A stretch of DNA of 64,000 nt from Octopus vulgaris. Lineage: Eukaryota. Below, piece after piece: positions 26,620 through 42,051 of the stretch. The notes beneath the pieces were generated by a model. It made no database searches. It saw nothing but the letters and a program-made list of their open reading frames with translations, and had not been told where the DNA came from. The DNA lies in NCBI GenBank assembly GCA_951406725.2, contig OX597828.1, positions 62,124,001 through 62,188,000 of the forward strand, given 5' to 3'. Numbering within the stretch: the stretch's first letter is position 1; the number at the start of each line of letters is the position of its first letter. The translations under genes and the position numbers were made by a program.

Positions 26620-28100
26620 ATTAGAGAGAGAGAACCACGATACTAATCAACAACAACAACAATAACAATATTAACGAAAACAACATAAGCCACGGCAATG
26701 CTTGCGAAAGGAAGGAACAGAAACTGCTATGACTGGAGTTCAAAGATTAACCACTGACAAATGAAAACAGCAGCAGCAACCATGGCAGCAACGATAGCAA
26801 CAATAACATCAATGGCAGCAGCAGCAGCAGCAACAACAACAACATAACGAAAAAGACAGGTTGTGGAGACAACCCCATGAGCAGACAATCTTTTGCTGGG
26901 GCAGCAGAAAAATCAACGCAGTTCTTTAACCTCGCATTAAGTGATAAGGAGACAAGACTAAACGACTTATGAAATTGAATGGGAGATTAAAAGCCAGCGC
27001 TTGGAATCGGCAACACAAGACTCGGTTGAAAGAGCCCTAAAAGAAATATGGGTAGACATAGTTCAAGTGTCAAGGTCGAGGCAGTTCAGCAGTATGATGG
27101 TCCTTTTCAAGAGCAGGCACACGCAGGGAAGCATATCTCTCATACATGACAGGTATTTCAGTCTCTGCCCAACCTAATCGGGGAGAACCTCTCGCGTTAA
27201 GATAGAAAGAACTCCACCAGGGTTGAACATCTGGTGGTTGCTAGGATGTGTTCTTCTGGAAGGCAGTGAAACTCTACTCGAAGTGAAGTGAATGGAGAAG
27301 GAGTTTTAGACTGGACCGTTTTAAACCAAACCGGAAGCGGAGGAACGATCACAGACATAATCCAAAAGAGTGAAGCTCGAATTGCGGTTGAATGAAGAAA
27401 ACAAAGATTCCACTTATGTGGTGCGGAAGGCCACTCAACATTTTCTGCTTTCAACAAAAAACAGGAGAGAGGAGACCCCGCCCCCAAGCGATACAACAGC
27501 CCCAATAAAAGCAGCAGCGTACAGATGAAGCATCAACAACAGTAACAGCAATGGGAACGAGAACAACAGCAGCAGTGACAACACCAACAATAGTAGCAAC
27601 AGCAACAACACAGACAACGGAAATAGCACCACAACCCAGGACAATATCTAGCCCATCTTTCCATTACACTTCATCAACCCCATCCTCTTTCAAACACACA
27701 CACACACACACACACACATACATACATACAGGGAAGCATACCTCCTCCCCACCTCCACCCTCATCAGACCCTTCCCACGTGGAAGCATCTTGTGAAGAGG
27801 AAGCAAAATCTAACAAATAACAAAAAACTCGCTGTAAAACGACATCAAATAATCACAACCGCAGCACCGAAGCCACAACATCAAACATAAATCCAGCAAA
27901 ACAACTATACCACCACAAGTACCATCACCGCCACCACCACCCCCACCACAAACATCAGCATCACCACCACTACCATCACCATCACCACTACCACTACAAC
28001 CACTATCACCACCACCACTACCAACAGCAATTCAACCTCTACAAAAAGAAAACATATTCACCCCAAACTTCCCACTAAGTACAAACACACACAAAAAACT
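26620..28100 (+). mobile_element. Degraded L1/Tx1-type ORF1 relic
   Basis: SFAGAA N-terminal motif and a decayed knuckle (HLCGAEGH) near 27415, with many stops. Layout parallels 48399-50300. Confidence 0.4.
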
Positions 28101-28553
28101 GATGTCCTTCATCGAAGAAAAGAACATTCAATGAAAGGAAGAAGTCTTCTGGTCTGAAAGTACAAACTGTTCACATCAAGAACTACCAACTTACCGTCCG
28201 GCTTTCCAGCCCACCCACCCCTTATTTGCTAACATATTGACCAAAATTTTCAATTCTACATTTAACAATGTTATGGACAGTGATATGAATTTGTTAAAAT
28301 CACCTCCCCCCCCCCCAGCACCAATTCAGTTGGGTGGAGCGCTGGTTTTAACAAATTTGTGATCAGTCGAACTAGATAAGATGCATAGGCAGAGATCCGG
28401 TTACCGAAATATGAACATGACCTTACCGCCGCTCCAAGCTTACAGAAACCGATTTAGAGAACATACATACATACACTTACGTACATACATACAAACATAC
28501 ATGCATGCATACATACATACATACATACATACATACATACATACATACATACA

Positions 28554-28584
<31 letters not shown>

Positions 28585-29019
28585 CCATTGAATCTCCATT
28601 TCTATATGATTGGTAACTTTCCCCTTTCATAGACTTCTTCAAACAACATTGTCTTAAATAGTTTCTAAGTTTGTTTTCTGCTTTGATTCATTTGACTCCA
28701 CTCAGAGTCTATCCTTAATACAAGGAAACCTCGTCCAATATCCACTAACTTTACCAAGTCAGAGTCTGCCCTAGATAGAAGGAAAGTTCTTCTAATACCC
28801 ATTAACTTTGCCAATTTTTCATTCTAAAGAGCAAACACCGCCATTTACGTAAACTTTGAAATAGTTTTAGATTCAATTTTTTTCTTACACAGAAAATTTT
28901 AAATCATTTAATTGACTAATCACTGTTGGCGGTGCTCCAGCATGGCCACAGCCTTAGGGCTGGAACATGAAGAAGAACAAAACAAAAAAGATATCAGCTA
29001 TAAAATCCTGATATTAAAG

Positions 29020-30360
<1,341 letters not shown>

Positions 30361-30916
30361 GGGACATCTCACCATGTGTGTGTGTGGGGGGTGCTAACAA
30401 TAAATTTATATTCCTAAATTTATATTCTTTTGCTTGTTTCAGTCATTAACCTGTGGCCATGTTGGAGCACCGCCTAGAAGAATTTTAGTTGCACGAATCA
30501 ACCATAACACTTAATTTTTTTCTCGAAAGCCTGGTACTTACTCTATCAGATGTTTTTGCTGAACCGCTAAGTTACGAGAACATAAACACACCAGCCCCGG
30601 TTAATAGTTGCTAGGAAACAAATGCATACACAAAAATTCACACACACATATATACATACATATGTGTGTGTGCTTGTGTATGTGTATGTGTGTGCATGTG
30701 TGCATATGTGTGTATGCTTGTGTGTGTGTATGTGTGTGCATGTGTGTGCATGTGTGTGTATGTGTGCGTTTTTATGCGTATGAGTATGTATGTGTGTATG
30801 TGTATATATATATGTGCTCTGGTTTCTATAGCGATTGCTATTACATATGTGTGTATGTTTATATTTATGCGGGTGTGTACGTAGGTATATGTGCATGACT
30901 AAGTATATATATGTGT

Positions 30917-30955
<39 letters not shown>

Positions 30956-31550
30956 TGCGCGTGCGCCTGTGCGTTTGTGAATGCGCACATATGCGTGTTT
31001 GCCAATTTGTGCATGCGTGTGATTCGGTTTGCCAGCTCCCGCCACCTCCCTTTGCTTCACTTGCATTTCCCCTAGTTGGGCTCAACAGGGACCACCAGGC
31101 TTAGGGGCGACTTCTGCTGCTGGTGGTGGTAGGGGCATCATATACATTACTGGACTGGCATTCAAGCACACGCACACATGCATAAATACATATATGCAAA
31201 CATACACATATGCACACATATACGCACCGACACATATTACATACACACATACATATACTAAATACATATGCATACATGCTTATACGCACGCACACAAGCA
31301 CGCACGCACACACGTATTCACTAGCTAGTGCATACAAACATACATGTATACACATATAGATCTACACATGTATACATACACAGACATACAGAAACATACA
31401 TGAACACTTGCATACATACATATACACACACATACATATATACATATAAACAGATACATACACACACACACACATACATACATACATACAAACATACATA
31501 CATATACACAAACACATACACATGATAATCAAACTACAGACAACTGTTGA

Positions 31551-31584
<34 letters not shown>

Positions 31585-31889
31585 GGTGGCGGCGGCGGCA
31601 GTGGAGGAGGGGGAGAGAAAGAGGTGCAGAATGAAGTAAAAGAAGGTGGAGGTGGAGGATGGTGGGGGGAATGGTGGCGGAGGAGTGTGGGGTGGCGGCG
31701 GAATGAAGAAAACATTCCTGTCAGGCAATCCAGTAAAAAGTTAGAAAGATAATTCTAGAAGTTATAAGGGGGAGGAGGAGGAGGAGGAGGAGGGGGAAGA
31801 GGAAGTAAGAAGACGGGTGTCACTTTACCAACGTACCCGGGGTGACTAAGGCGTATGTCAATAGCTATGTTTAGACTCACTACTGTTAC

Positions 31890-32900
31890 TCTGCCACCAC
31901 CACCGCCACAACAACAACAACAACAACAACCACCAGCCATCGTCTGCACAACTACCATCACAATCATAATCACCACCATCACGATCACGACGACGACCTC
32001 CACCACCATCACCACATCTTCACCACCACTACCATCACCACCACAATCACCACCACCACCATCACTACCACCACCACCGCCGCCATCACTGCCTCCATTA
32101 CCACCACCACAACCACTAGCACTACAACTACCACCACCACCACCATCACCATCACCACCAACATCACCACCATATCACCATTACCACCACCATCACCACC
32201 ATCACCACCACCATCACCACCACCACCACCACCACCACCACCACCACCATCACCCCACCTCCACCACTATCACTACCACCACCACCACCATCACCATCAC
32301 CACCAACATCACCACCACATCACCATTACCACCACCACCACCATCACCACAATCACCACCACCATCACCATCACCACCACCACCACCACCACAATCACCA
32401 CCACCACCACCATCACCATCATCACCCCCATCACCACCACCCCCACCATCACTACCACCACCACCGCCGCCATCACTGCCTCCATTACCACCACCACAAC
32501 CACTAGCACTACAACTACCACCACCACCACCATCACCATCACCACCAACATCACCACCATATCACCATTACCACCACCACCACCATCACCACCATCACCA
32601 CCACCACCACCACCATCACCACCATCACCACCACCACCACCCACCACCACCACCACCATCACCCCACCCCCACCACCATCACTACCACCACCACCACCAT
32701 CACCATCACCACCACCACCACCACCATCACCACCCATCACCATACCACCACCATCACCACAATCACCACCACCATCACCATCACCACCACCATCACCACC
32801 ACCACCATCACTATCATCGCCGCCGCTGCCATCGCTGTCATCACGACCATCACCACCAATATTATTGAATCCTAATTCTCCACCACCACCACCACCCCTA
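31890..32900. repeat. (CAC/CAT)n compound microsatellite with an internal ~140-bp duplication
   Basis: Block ...ccgccgccatcactgcctccattaccaccaccacaaccactagcactacaact... at ~32055-32190 and ~32445-32580. Confidence 0.9.
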
Positions 32901-33407
32901 TCTCATCTACCAGCCACTAACCACCCTACCTGTACCTATACCTCAAACACCAGACATTCAAACGTCACTACCACCAACCACCCTCCACACAATGATGCCA
33001 TAAAACATCTCCAGACTGGATTCTATGGAGCTGGAAAAAGAAAGGGTGGTCACAGCTGGATTGCCATTGATCATTGGTCTTCTCGATCAGACTTCGTCTG
33101 AATCTATACAACAACATTGTATTTTTTACAAGCCAGCTAGGATGTCTCTATCTGGTCACTTAAGCTACAAGAAATAACAGCCAAATCTCCTTATACTTGT
33201 TCACTCAGAGCACCTTCAATGGCGGTTTTTCTGCATCTGCAGGGTCGACGCGCCAAGCTCGCCTTCCAAGAGGGGCTACCAAAGATGGACCGCATGACCA
33301 GTAGAACGCGTCTTTCCTACAGAACAAATAATAATGATAACAAAAACAACAACAATAATATTAATGATAATAATAATGATAATAATAATACTCTTTTTTA
33401 CTCTTTT

Positions 33408-33806
33408 TACTCTTTTTACTTGTTTCAGTCATTTGACTGCGGCCATGCTGGAGCACCGCCTTTAGTCGAGCAACTCGACCCCGGGACTTATTCTTTGTAA
33501 GCCCAGTACTTATTCTATCGGTCTCTTTTGCCGAACCGCTAAGTGACGGGGACGTAAACACACCAGCATCAGTTGTCAAGCAATGCTAGGGGAACAAACA
33601 CAGACACACAAACATATTCACACACACTTATATGTATATACATATATACGACAGTCTTCTTTCAGTTTCCGTCTACCAAATCCACTCACAAGGCATTGGT
33701 CGGCCCGGGACTATAGCAGAAGACACTTGCCCAAGATGCCACGCAGTGGGACTGAACCCGGAACCATGTGGTTGGTTAGCAAGCTACTTACCAAACAGCC
33801 ACTCCT
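33408..33806 (-). mobile_element. tRNA-derived SINE family B, full length
   Basis: Minus head ggagtggctgtttggtaag...ggttcagtccc (A/B boxes), internal (TG)n, tail ggtgctccagcatggccgcagtc. Other copies at 8008-8125, 18500-18712, 20594-20720, 30425-30610, 38245-38464 and 52450-52842. Confidence 0.85.
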
Positions 33807-34064
33807 AATAATAATAACAACAACAACAACAATAATAATAATAACAACAACAACAATAATAATAATAATAATAACAGCAACAACAACAATAATAACAATA
33901 GCAATAATAACAATAACAATAATAATAACAATAATAACAATAATAATAATAATGATAATAATAACAACAACAATAATAATAACAGTAACAACAATAATAA
34001 TAATAATAACAACAACAACAATAACAACAATAACAATAATAATAACAACAACAACAACAATAAC

Positions 34065-34125
<61 letters not shown>

Positions 34126-34128
<3 letters not shown>

Positions 34129-36110
34129 TTCCTGCTTCCAAAAAGTGAAGAAACAAATGAACCAAAAAACTATAGACCCATAACCTGCTTAACAACTGTC
34201 CTGACGGAATATACCTATAGTTTTTTAACAGACAGCAGCATATTCCCTAATGAACAGAAAGGATGTAAACGTGGATCCTATAGTTGTAAAGATGATCTTA
34301 GAAGATTGTCACAAACGACACAAAAACTTGTCAATAGCCTGGATAGACTATAAAAAGGCTTTTGATAGCCTACCACATAGCTGGATAAAGAAATGCCTAG
34401 AAATGTACAAAATAGCGCCTACTCTGAGAAACTTCTTGTCTGTAAGTATGAGATCATGGAGAACCACGCTAACTTTGAACAGTGACAATGAATCTCTAAA
34501 TGCTGGTGATGTAAAAATTTCATGTGTCATTTTCCAGCTACCTTTATCAAAGGAAAAATGACAGAAACATCTAACGTTAACCTTGACCAGCAGAATGTCA
34601 TAAAAGAATTAGACCCAGCGGAGAGCTACAAGTACCTAGGGGTAATTGAAGGGGACGGAATAAGGCATTCAGTGATGAAGGAAAGGATCAGGAGAGAATG
34701 TTATCGCAGAGTAAGAGCAATACTCAAGACAGAGCTGAATGCGAAAAACAGAATCGAAACGATCAATGCTTTAGCCATACCAGTTGTGACTTACAGTTTC
34801 AATATCGTTAACTGGTCAATTACTGAAATATGTAATCTTGACAGAAAAATACGAAAACTGTTGACAATGCATAGAATGCACCACCCTAAGGCAGATACAG
34901 AACGACTTTATCTGCCAAGAAAAGAGGGAGGCCGTGGACTTTTACAACTGGCAATAACAATGAAAATTGCTACAATTGGCCTAGACACCTACCTGAAAAA
35001 CTCTGAGGACTGGATGTTAAAACTTGTCTCAAAACATGAAAACAAGAAAGCATCATACTCAGTAACAAAACAGGCAAAGGAATATCTAAGTGAATTCCGT
35101 ATACAACAAATTTCGGAATTAGACATACAAGAAACACGCACAAAAAAAAGCTAAGCGCATGAAAACCCGTGCTAAAACTGCTGCCTTAGATATTCTGAAT
35201 GATAAATGGCAAGAAAAACCCCTCTATGGCAAATACCCAAAGAGAGCGAATAATGTAGATGTTGACAAAACCCTGACCCATCAATGGCTAATGGCCTCTG
35301 GCTTAAAATCTGAAACAGAAGGGTTTATCATAGCAGCTCAAGATCAATGCCTACCTACAAGAAACTACCAGACCAACATATTAAAGAACGGTAGTAGCCC
35401 AACATGTCGTGTATGTCAACAGCAAAATGAAACCATTGACCATGTTTCTCCAAGTGCAGTCTTCTAGCGCCTACAGAGTATCTCAACAGGCATGATAGAG
35501 CTGCACAATATATTCACTGGGTAATTTGCCCCATGATAAAAACTGGTGGGAACACAAACCACCTCCAATACTTGAAAATTACCACATCTCACTCCTAGAT
35601 GCAAATAGGCCTGACATCATATTGAAAGACTTCAGAGAAAGAACATGCCTCCTCATTGATATGACTGTCCCAATCGATATAAACGTATCTGTCAAGACCT
35701 ACCAAAAACTGAGCAAATATAAAGATCTGGAAATAGAAATCAGCAAAATGTGGAACCTGAAAACTAAAACAATACCTGTTGTCATAGGTGCCCTGGGAAT
35801 GACAGCGAAAGGGGCTGATTGCTACCTAAATCAGATACCAGGAAAGTCAAAAATGGCAGAAATTCAAAAGATAGTGCTCATGGGAACTGCTTACATCCTA
35901 CGCAAAATACTTTCTATGTAATCTCAGGGTTTAAAACAAACATAATTTTAGGGTTTTTTTCTAGACATCCACCAGTACAACGCAAAAAAAACCCCAAATA
36001 TATTGCACACTAGGCATAACTACATGAACTTCCAACCTGTTGTCTCTTGAGGTCTCTGGGTGAGACTTGGAGCCAACTTGTACAGACATAAAGCAAAAGT
36101 CAAACATAGA
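34126..36110 (+). mobile_element. R4/Dong-type RLE LINE (family 1), 5'-truncated and internally deleted
   Basis: NYRPITCL, EQKGC, AWIDYKKAFDSLPH, YKYLG, RLYLPRKEGGRGL, CCHC and RPDII..D..P endonuclease. The catalytic YxDD region is deleted near 34535. Flanked by (AAT/AAC)n on both sides. Confidence 0.95.
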
Positions 36111-36130
36111 ATAATAATAATAACAATAGC

Positions 36131-36194
<64 letters not shown>

Positions 36195-36334
36195 GCAACA
36201 ACAATAACAATAATAATAATATTAACAACAACAGCAACAACAATAATAATAACAACAATAACAACAATAACAATAATAATAATAACAACAACAGCAATAA
36301 TAATAACAACAACAATAACAATAATAATAACAAC

Positions 36335-36366
<32 letters not shown>

Positions 36367-36472
36367 CAACAATAACAACAATAACAATAATAATAATAAC
36401 AACAACAACAATAACAATAATAATAATAATAATAATAATAACAATAATAACAACAATAATAATAATAATAGC

Positions 36473-36507
<35 letters not shown>

Positions 36508-36616
36508 TAATAATAACAACAACAACAATAATAATAATAATAACAACAACAACAACAACAACAGCAACAACAACAACAACAACAACAATAATAATAATAA
36601 TAATAATAATAATAGC

Positions 36617-36651
<35 letters not shown>

Positions 36652-36709
36652 TAATAATAACAACAACAACAATAATAATAATAATAACAACAACAACAAC
36701 AACAACAGC

Positions 36710-36798
<89 letters not shown>

Positions 36799-36822
36799 TG
36801 ATGATGATGATGATGATGATAA
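36111..36822. repeat. (AAT/AAC)n compound microsatellite
   Basis: Read directly. Source of the poly-I/T/L ORFs. Confidence 0.95.
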
Positions 36823-37129
36823 TTATAAAGATTTCAAATTTCGGCAAAGGCCGGCAATTTTTAGGGGGCAGGTAATTCGATTACACCACCACCATCACCG
36901 CCACCATCACCATCATCACCACCACCATCATCAGCGCAACCACCACTACAACCACCACAACAACCATCACCACCACCATCACCATCACTGGTTCAACTGG
37001 TACTTATTTAAGGTGGGGATTACATCGACCCCAAGGTTCAACTGGTACTTATTTTATCGACCCCGAAAGGATGAAAGGCAAAGTCAACTTCGGCGGAATT
37101 TGAACTCAGGACGGACGAAATGTCGCTAA

Positions 37130-37430
37130 TAATAATGAAGAGCAGAGTCGATGCCAAAGATTCTGAAGACAATTGAGAAGCATCAGGCTGTAGTCAGAGA
37201 ACTGAGAAGTCTGAGAGGCTGGCGCCACAATTGTTTTTATGGTAATTGGTGCACTTGGCACAACGGTCAAAATGCTAAGAGATTGGAATTGGCACTCGCA
37301 ATTGTCCATATGCAGAAAAGTGCCGTCCTATATTCTGCAAGAATCCCAAAGAAGGTTCTTGAGAATTGAGGAGTCTTTGTTGTTACCAAACACCAAAATA
37401 AAATACCTATTAAATAAAACAGCAGGGACT
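37130..37430 (+). mobile_element. R4/Dong-type 3' end fragment (family 4)
   Basis: VIGALGT and MQKSAVLYSARIPKKVL C-terminal motifs. Confidence 0.6.
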
Positions 37431-37445
37431 AGCGTAACAACAACA

Positions 37446-37489
<44 letters not shown>

Positions 37490-37492
<3 letters not shown>

Positions 37493-37669
37493 AGAGGGGA
37501 CTAATCGATTACATCGACCTCAGTACGCAACTTCTACTTAATTTATCGACCCTGAAAGGATGAAAAGCAAAGTCGACGTCGGCGGAATTTGAACTCAGAA
37601 CGTAAGACGAGCGAAATACCGCTAAGCGTTCCGTCCGGCGTGCTAACAACGCTGTCAGCTCACCGCCTT
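37490..37669 (-). mobile_element. SINE A copy
   Basis: gtcgacgtcggcggaatttgaactcagaacgt...cagctcaccgcctt. A further partial copy lies at 36830-37128. Confidence 0.85.
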
Positions 37670-38589
37670 TTAATAATGATAAAATTAGAGACTGGTGATT
37701 TCTTTATTAATCACAAAGGGTTTACAATAAGAAAAACATTATGAGCAGTAGAAGACAAACCGTTGCAAGTGTGTGTGTATGTGTGTGTGTGAGAGAGAGA
37801 TAAAGTGTGTGTGCGCGCGCGTGCATGTCTTGTGAGGATTTTGCGTGTAAACAGGTTAACTGAAAAAAGATGCAATAACATTTTCACTATGTGTAGTCCT
37901 CAATAGGGAGGAGACGTTCGAAGGCTGCTCATGGAAAAACTCCATAAAAACACAGATACCCTCAGTGACTTCTGGAGTTGGTACCTTTTCTCATTTCCTC
38001 TTCTCCTATGACAGACGGACGCTCAGAACAGACCCGTGAGAAAGGAGAATCTGAGAGAAAAGTAACGAAAGTTTTCGTCATTCACATGTAAGTGAATGCA
38101 GTAAACTAGCAAGAAAAGAGTATAAGCGTAGGTATTACCGTGTAAATAATGTTTGACATATAAACGATTCGAACACGAACCAGAGCCTGTGATAAAGAAT
38201 ATGAATTACAAGATTTTATGGGATTTCGCCCTAAAAACTGGCCATGTAGGTGCGGGTTTGGTTGTTTGGTAAGAAAATTGCTTCCCAACCACACAGTACT
38301 GAGTTCAATCCTCCTGTGTGGCACCTTGCACAAGTGTCTTTTACTTTAGCCTCTGAGCCGATCAAAGCTTTGTCGGTGGATTTTGATTGACGGAAATTGA
38401 AAGACAATCGTCGTGGCTACAGTCAAATGGCTGGAACAAGTGAAAGAATTAAAGAATAAAAGAATATGTGTGTGTATGTATGTATGTATGTATGTATGTA
38501 TGTATGTATGTATGTATGTATGTATGTATGTATGTATGTATGTATGTATGTATGTATGTATGTATGTATGTATGTATGTATATATATAT

Positions 38590-38731
<142 letters not shown>

Positions 38732-39085
38732 TTAGATAGATATAGATATAGACGTATGTATGTATCAAATTAAATACACAACCGAAAGAGCTGTCAATAG
38801 TTTCATGCTATTATGATACTTGGACAGGCATATTTATAAAATACGCCATGTATCTTAAAGTAATCTTTCAGGCTCAGTTTATGTGTTGTGTGTGTGTGTT
38901 TATGTATGTATATATGTGTTTATGTATTTATGTGCTTGTATATGTATATATGAAAGTATATATTTATTTATGTATGTATCCATGTATGCATGTATGTGTG
39001 TGTTTGTCTGAGTCTGTGTTTGTCCCACACCACCGCTTGACAACCGGTGTTAGTGTGTTTACGTCCTGGTAACTTTGCAGTTTTA

Positions 39086-39135
39086 CCATATATTTCTATA
39101 TTTCGAGGCTATGACCCCTTCTTCAGGACATGTGG
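39086..39135 (-). ncRNA. Type I hammerhead ribozyme motif
   Basis: CCACATGTC CTGAAGA A GGGG tcatag CCTC GAAA TA TA GAAATATATGG. Confidence 0.65.
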
Positions 39136-39534
39136 AAAAGCGAAGGATGAAAAAGGTCGTTGCTCAGATGTCTGAAGGGGGAAGAAGGAGTAAGAAGAAA
39201 GGTGACATGCTTAGACTGGTGTTACCATGGTAACCAGTCTGCTCCATGTAGTCTTTTCCAAAGCTGCTTCGTGTGTATGAGTCTTTTTATGTTGTGCTTC
39301 CATTTTTTATGGTTCCTATAGAAACCCACCGGTTCCGCTGCTGATATGATGAATCCAATATTCACCGACTGGTGGGGAAATTGATATTTCTCCTCTAATG
39401 GTGATACTCTGTCTTCTGTATTAACTCATTTCCTCCATGTCGCTATGTTGCTTTCATTACGTCTGTGTTTGTCCCACACCACCGCTTGACAACCGATGTT
39501 GGTGTCTTTATGTCCTGGTAACTTTGCAGTCATA

Positions 39535-39584
39535 CCACATATTTCTATATTTCGAGGCTATGACCCCTTCTTCAGAACATGTGG
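39535..39584 (-). ncRNA. Type I hammerhead ribozyme motif
   Basis: CCACATGTT CTGAAGA A GGGG tcatag CCTC GAAA TA TA GAAATATGTGG. Long stem I with an AA bulge. Confidence 0.7.
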
Positions 39585-40503
39585 AAAAGCGAAGGGTGCA
39601 AAAGGTCACTGCTCAGATGTGTGAGGAGGGAAACAGGAGTAAGAAGAAAGGTGCTAGCATCGTTGTCCCTAGCGTTGAACAACCACATCCAGTGTCAAAA
39701 TGGTGGAACCACTAATGGTTTGACATATTAAACTAATATTTTAGCGATATTATTGAACTTCAAACGCTAGATTTCATTCTCTGGTTCGTGCTGATCTTGC
39801 CAGTCTTCTTGTTTCCAAACAATAGAAAAGTCTATGTCCACCTGACTGTTCTGTTGTTCATTCAAGGTCTTCGGTAACGGAAGTGTTTATTTGAATGGTA
39901 CCATTTTTGATTTGGCGGGCAACTATCGATCTTTTAGCTTCACAGCTGATCCGTCAGTGTCAACGTTGGTGCCATGGTACCATTGTTGAGTTGTAGGCAC
40001 CATCCGTCTTTTAGTGGCCCCGACGTTGATCTGATGACGTCAATGTAAATCCAATGGCTCCAGCATTCAGCTTCAAGACGTTTAGTGGATGCTGCTTATG
40101 ATAAGATGTGCAAATATAGGGTTAAGTCTTGGCGCCAGATGAATGTCTCTGTTTGGGGAACCGCTTCGGATAATGGTGATAAATACTTTGTGCATTTGTG
40201 TGTGTATGCATGCGTGTGTATATACATCTTCGTACATGTGTGTGTGTGTGTGTATTATACACGTTTATGAATATGTAAAAGTTTTTGTATAAACATACAC
40301 ACACACGCACATACACATACATATACATATACAAACAGGCAAACACATGCAGATACATTAATATGAATAAATTTTCTTAAGAATATGTCTATAGTTGTGT
40401 GAATATGTATATACACAAATACACACCCACCCACACATATGTGTATGTGTATTCATTACTCCGTTTCTCTTTGTGTAAGTGTATATACACACTGTATGTG
40501 TGC

Positions 40504-40549
<46 letters not shown>

Positions 40550-40626
40550 ACATGTGTGTTTGTGTGTATATATATATATATACACACACACATACATACA
40601 TACATATATACATACATATATGTACT

Positions 40627-40662
<36 letters not shown>

Positions 40663-40842
40663 CATATACATACATATACATATATATATACACATATATA
40701 TATATATGTATATATATTATACACATACATATATACATATATATACTTACATATATGTACACATATCAATATATGTGTATATACATATACATATATATGT
40801 ATATATATATACATACATATGTGTATGTATACACACAAATTT

Positions 40843-40887
<45 letters not shown>

Positions 40888-41222
40888 GTGTATATATTTT
40901 TTCTGTAAGTGTCCATGTAATCTAAGCTAAATATATTAGATTCTAAGCCAGTATCAAGTGAAGTCTCATTGTTGTTGTTGTTGTTGTTGTTGCGGTGGTG
41001 GGGGAGGGGGCTGGTGGTGGTTTTGGTGGTGGTGGTGGTGGTGGTACATGAAGTTGTTGTAATGGTTATGGAGGGAGTAGTCATTATTGTAGTAGTTGTT
41101 ATGATGTGGGGTGGCTGTGGTGATTGTAATAGTAGTTAGTGTGGTTTGCAGCTATTGTTGTTGCTGTTGTTGCAGTCGTAGTGGTGATTGTTGTAGCTGC
41201 CTTAGGTTTCTGATGGTTATTA

Positions 41223-41319
<97 letters not shown>

Positions 41320-41858
41320 TGCTGCTAATTTCTTGTAACAATTGTGTTGTCATGATTGTTACAGAAGAGCTTCTTCTTGTTGTTGTTGTTCTTCTTCTTG
41401 TTGTTCTTCTTATTCTTCTTTTTCTTCTTCTTGAGCTCCAAATCCATTGTTGTACTGTAGAGATATGTGTACAGAATCTGGGGTGACCTGTGACAAAACG
41501 AAATACATTCTAAGAACATTCCAATAATGACCACCTCATCTGATTTCCACCCAGTGTAAATACCTTCAACTGCACTCTCCAGTGTGGTCCTTCTTTTTGT
41601 TAGATGGTAGGGCGTCGCTAGAGGAAAATTCGGCTGCCATGTCTTACAGGCCAGTGACCACGTACAGACACTCTCCGTGGACACAGAACGCTTGTGTCAC
41701 GTAGCCAACTGGAAACGGTGTTTCTTGGGGCTATTTAGCAGCAGCATATTCTTCCCTTTCCTGGGCCTGCCACATTAAGTTGGCAACAAGCCATCACTCC
41801 ATATATATGCATATATATATATGTATATCTTTATATATATATATACACATACATATAT

Positions 41859-41931
<73 letters not shown>

Positions 41932-41959
41932 AGAAAAAAGCAACTAGAATGAATTAGTT

Positions 41960-42051
41960 GTTCAGTACAATTGTTTCATACGAAGAACAGCTTTATTAAA
42001 AGCTGCAAATATTGCAGCAAATACAAGTGTCCCGTATTCATCAGCCAAAAC
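41960..42051 (-). ncRNA. Type I hammerhead ribozyme with extended stem II
   Basis: GTTTTGG CTGATGA ATACG [50 nt] CGTAT GAAA CAATTG TA CTGAAC. Lies in a ~700-bp (TA)n-flanked unit, 41930-42630. Confidence 0.75.

Larger units (their letters stand above)
39012..40160 (-). mobile_element. Tandem pLTR-like direct repeats with two hammerheads (Penelope/retrozyme-like relic)
   Basis: ~195-bp direct repeats at 39012-39205 and 39461-39654, 449 bp apart. Decayed coding-like sequence lies upstream on the minus strand. Confidence 0.6.

Noticed and set aside
31855-32868. 337-aa Pro/His-rich ORF resembling an extensin or formin
   Set aside because: It lies entirely within a (CAC)n compound repeat. The frame drifts between poly-P, poly-H and poly-T, and there is no domain.
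41325-41684. 119-aa minus-strand ORF
   Set aside because: No ATG start or recognisable domain, and the Lys/Asn tract is an (AAG/AAC)n repeat. Only the acceptor-like site was noted.
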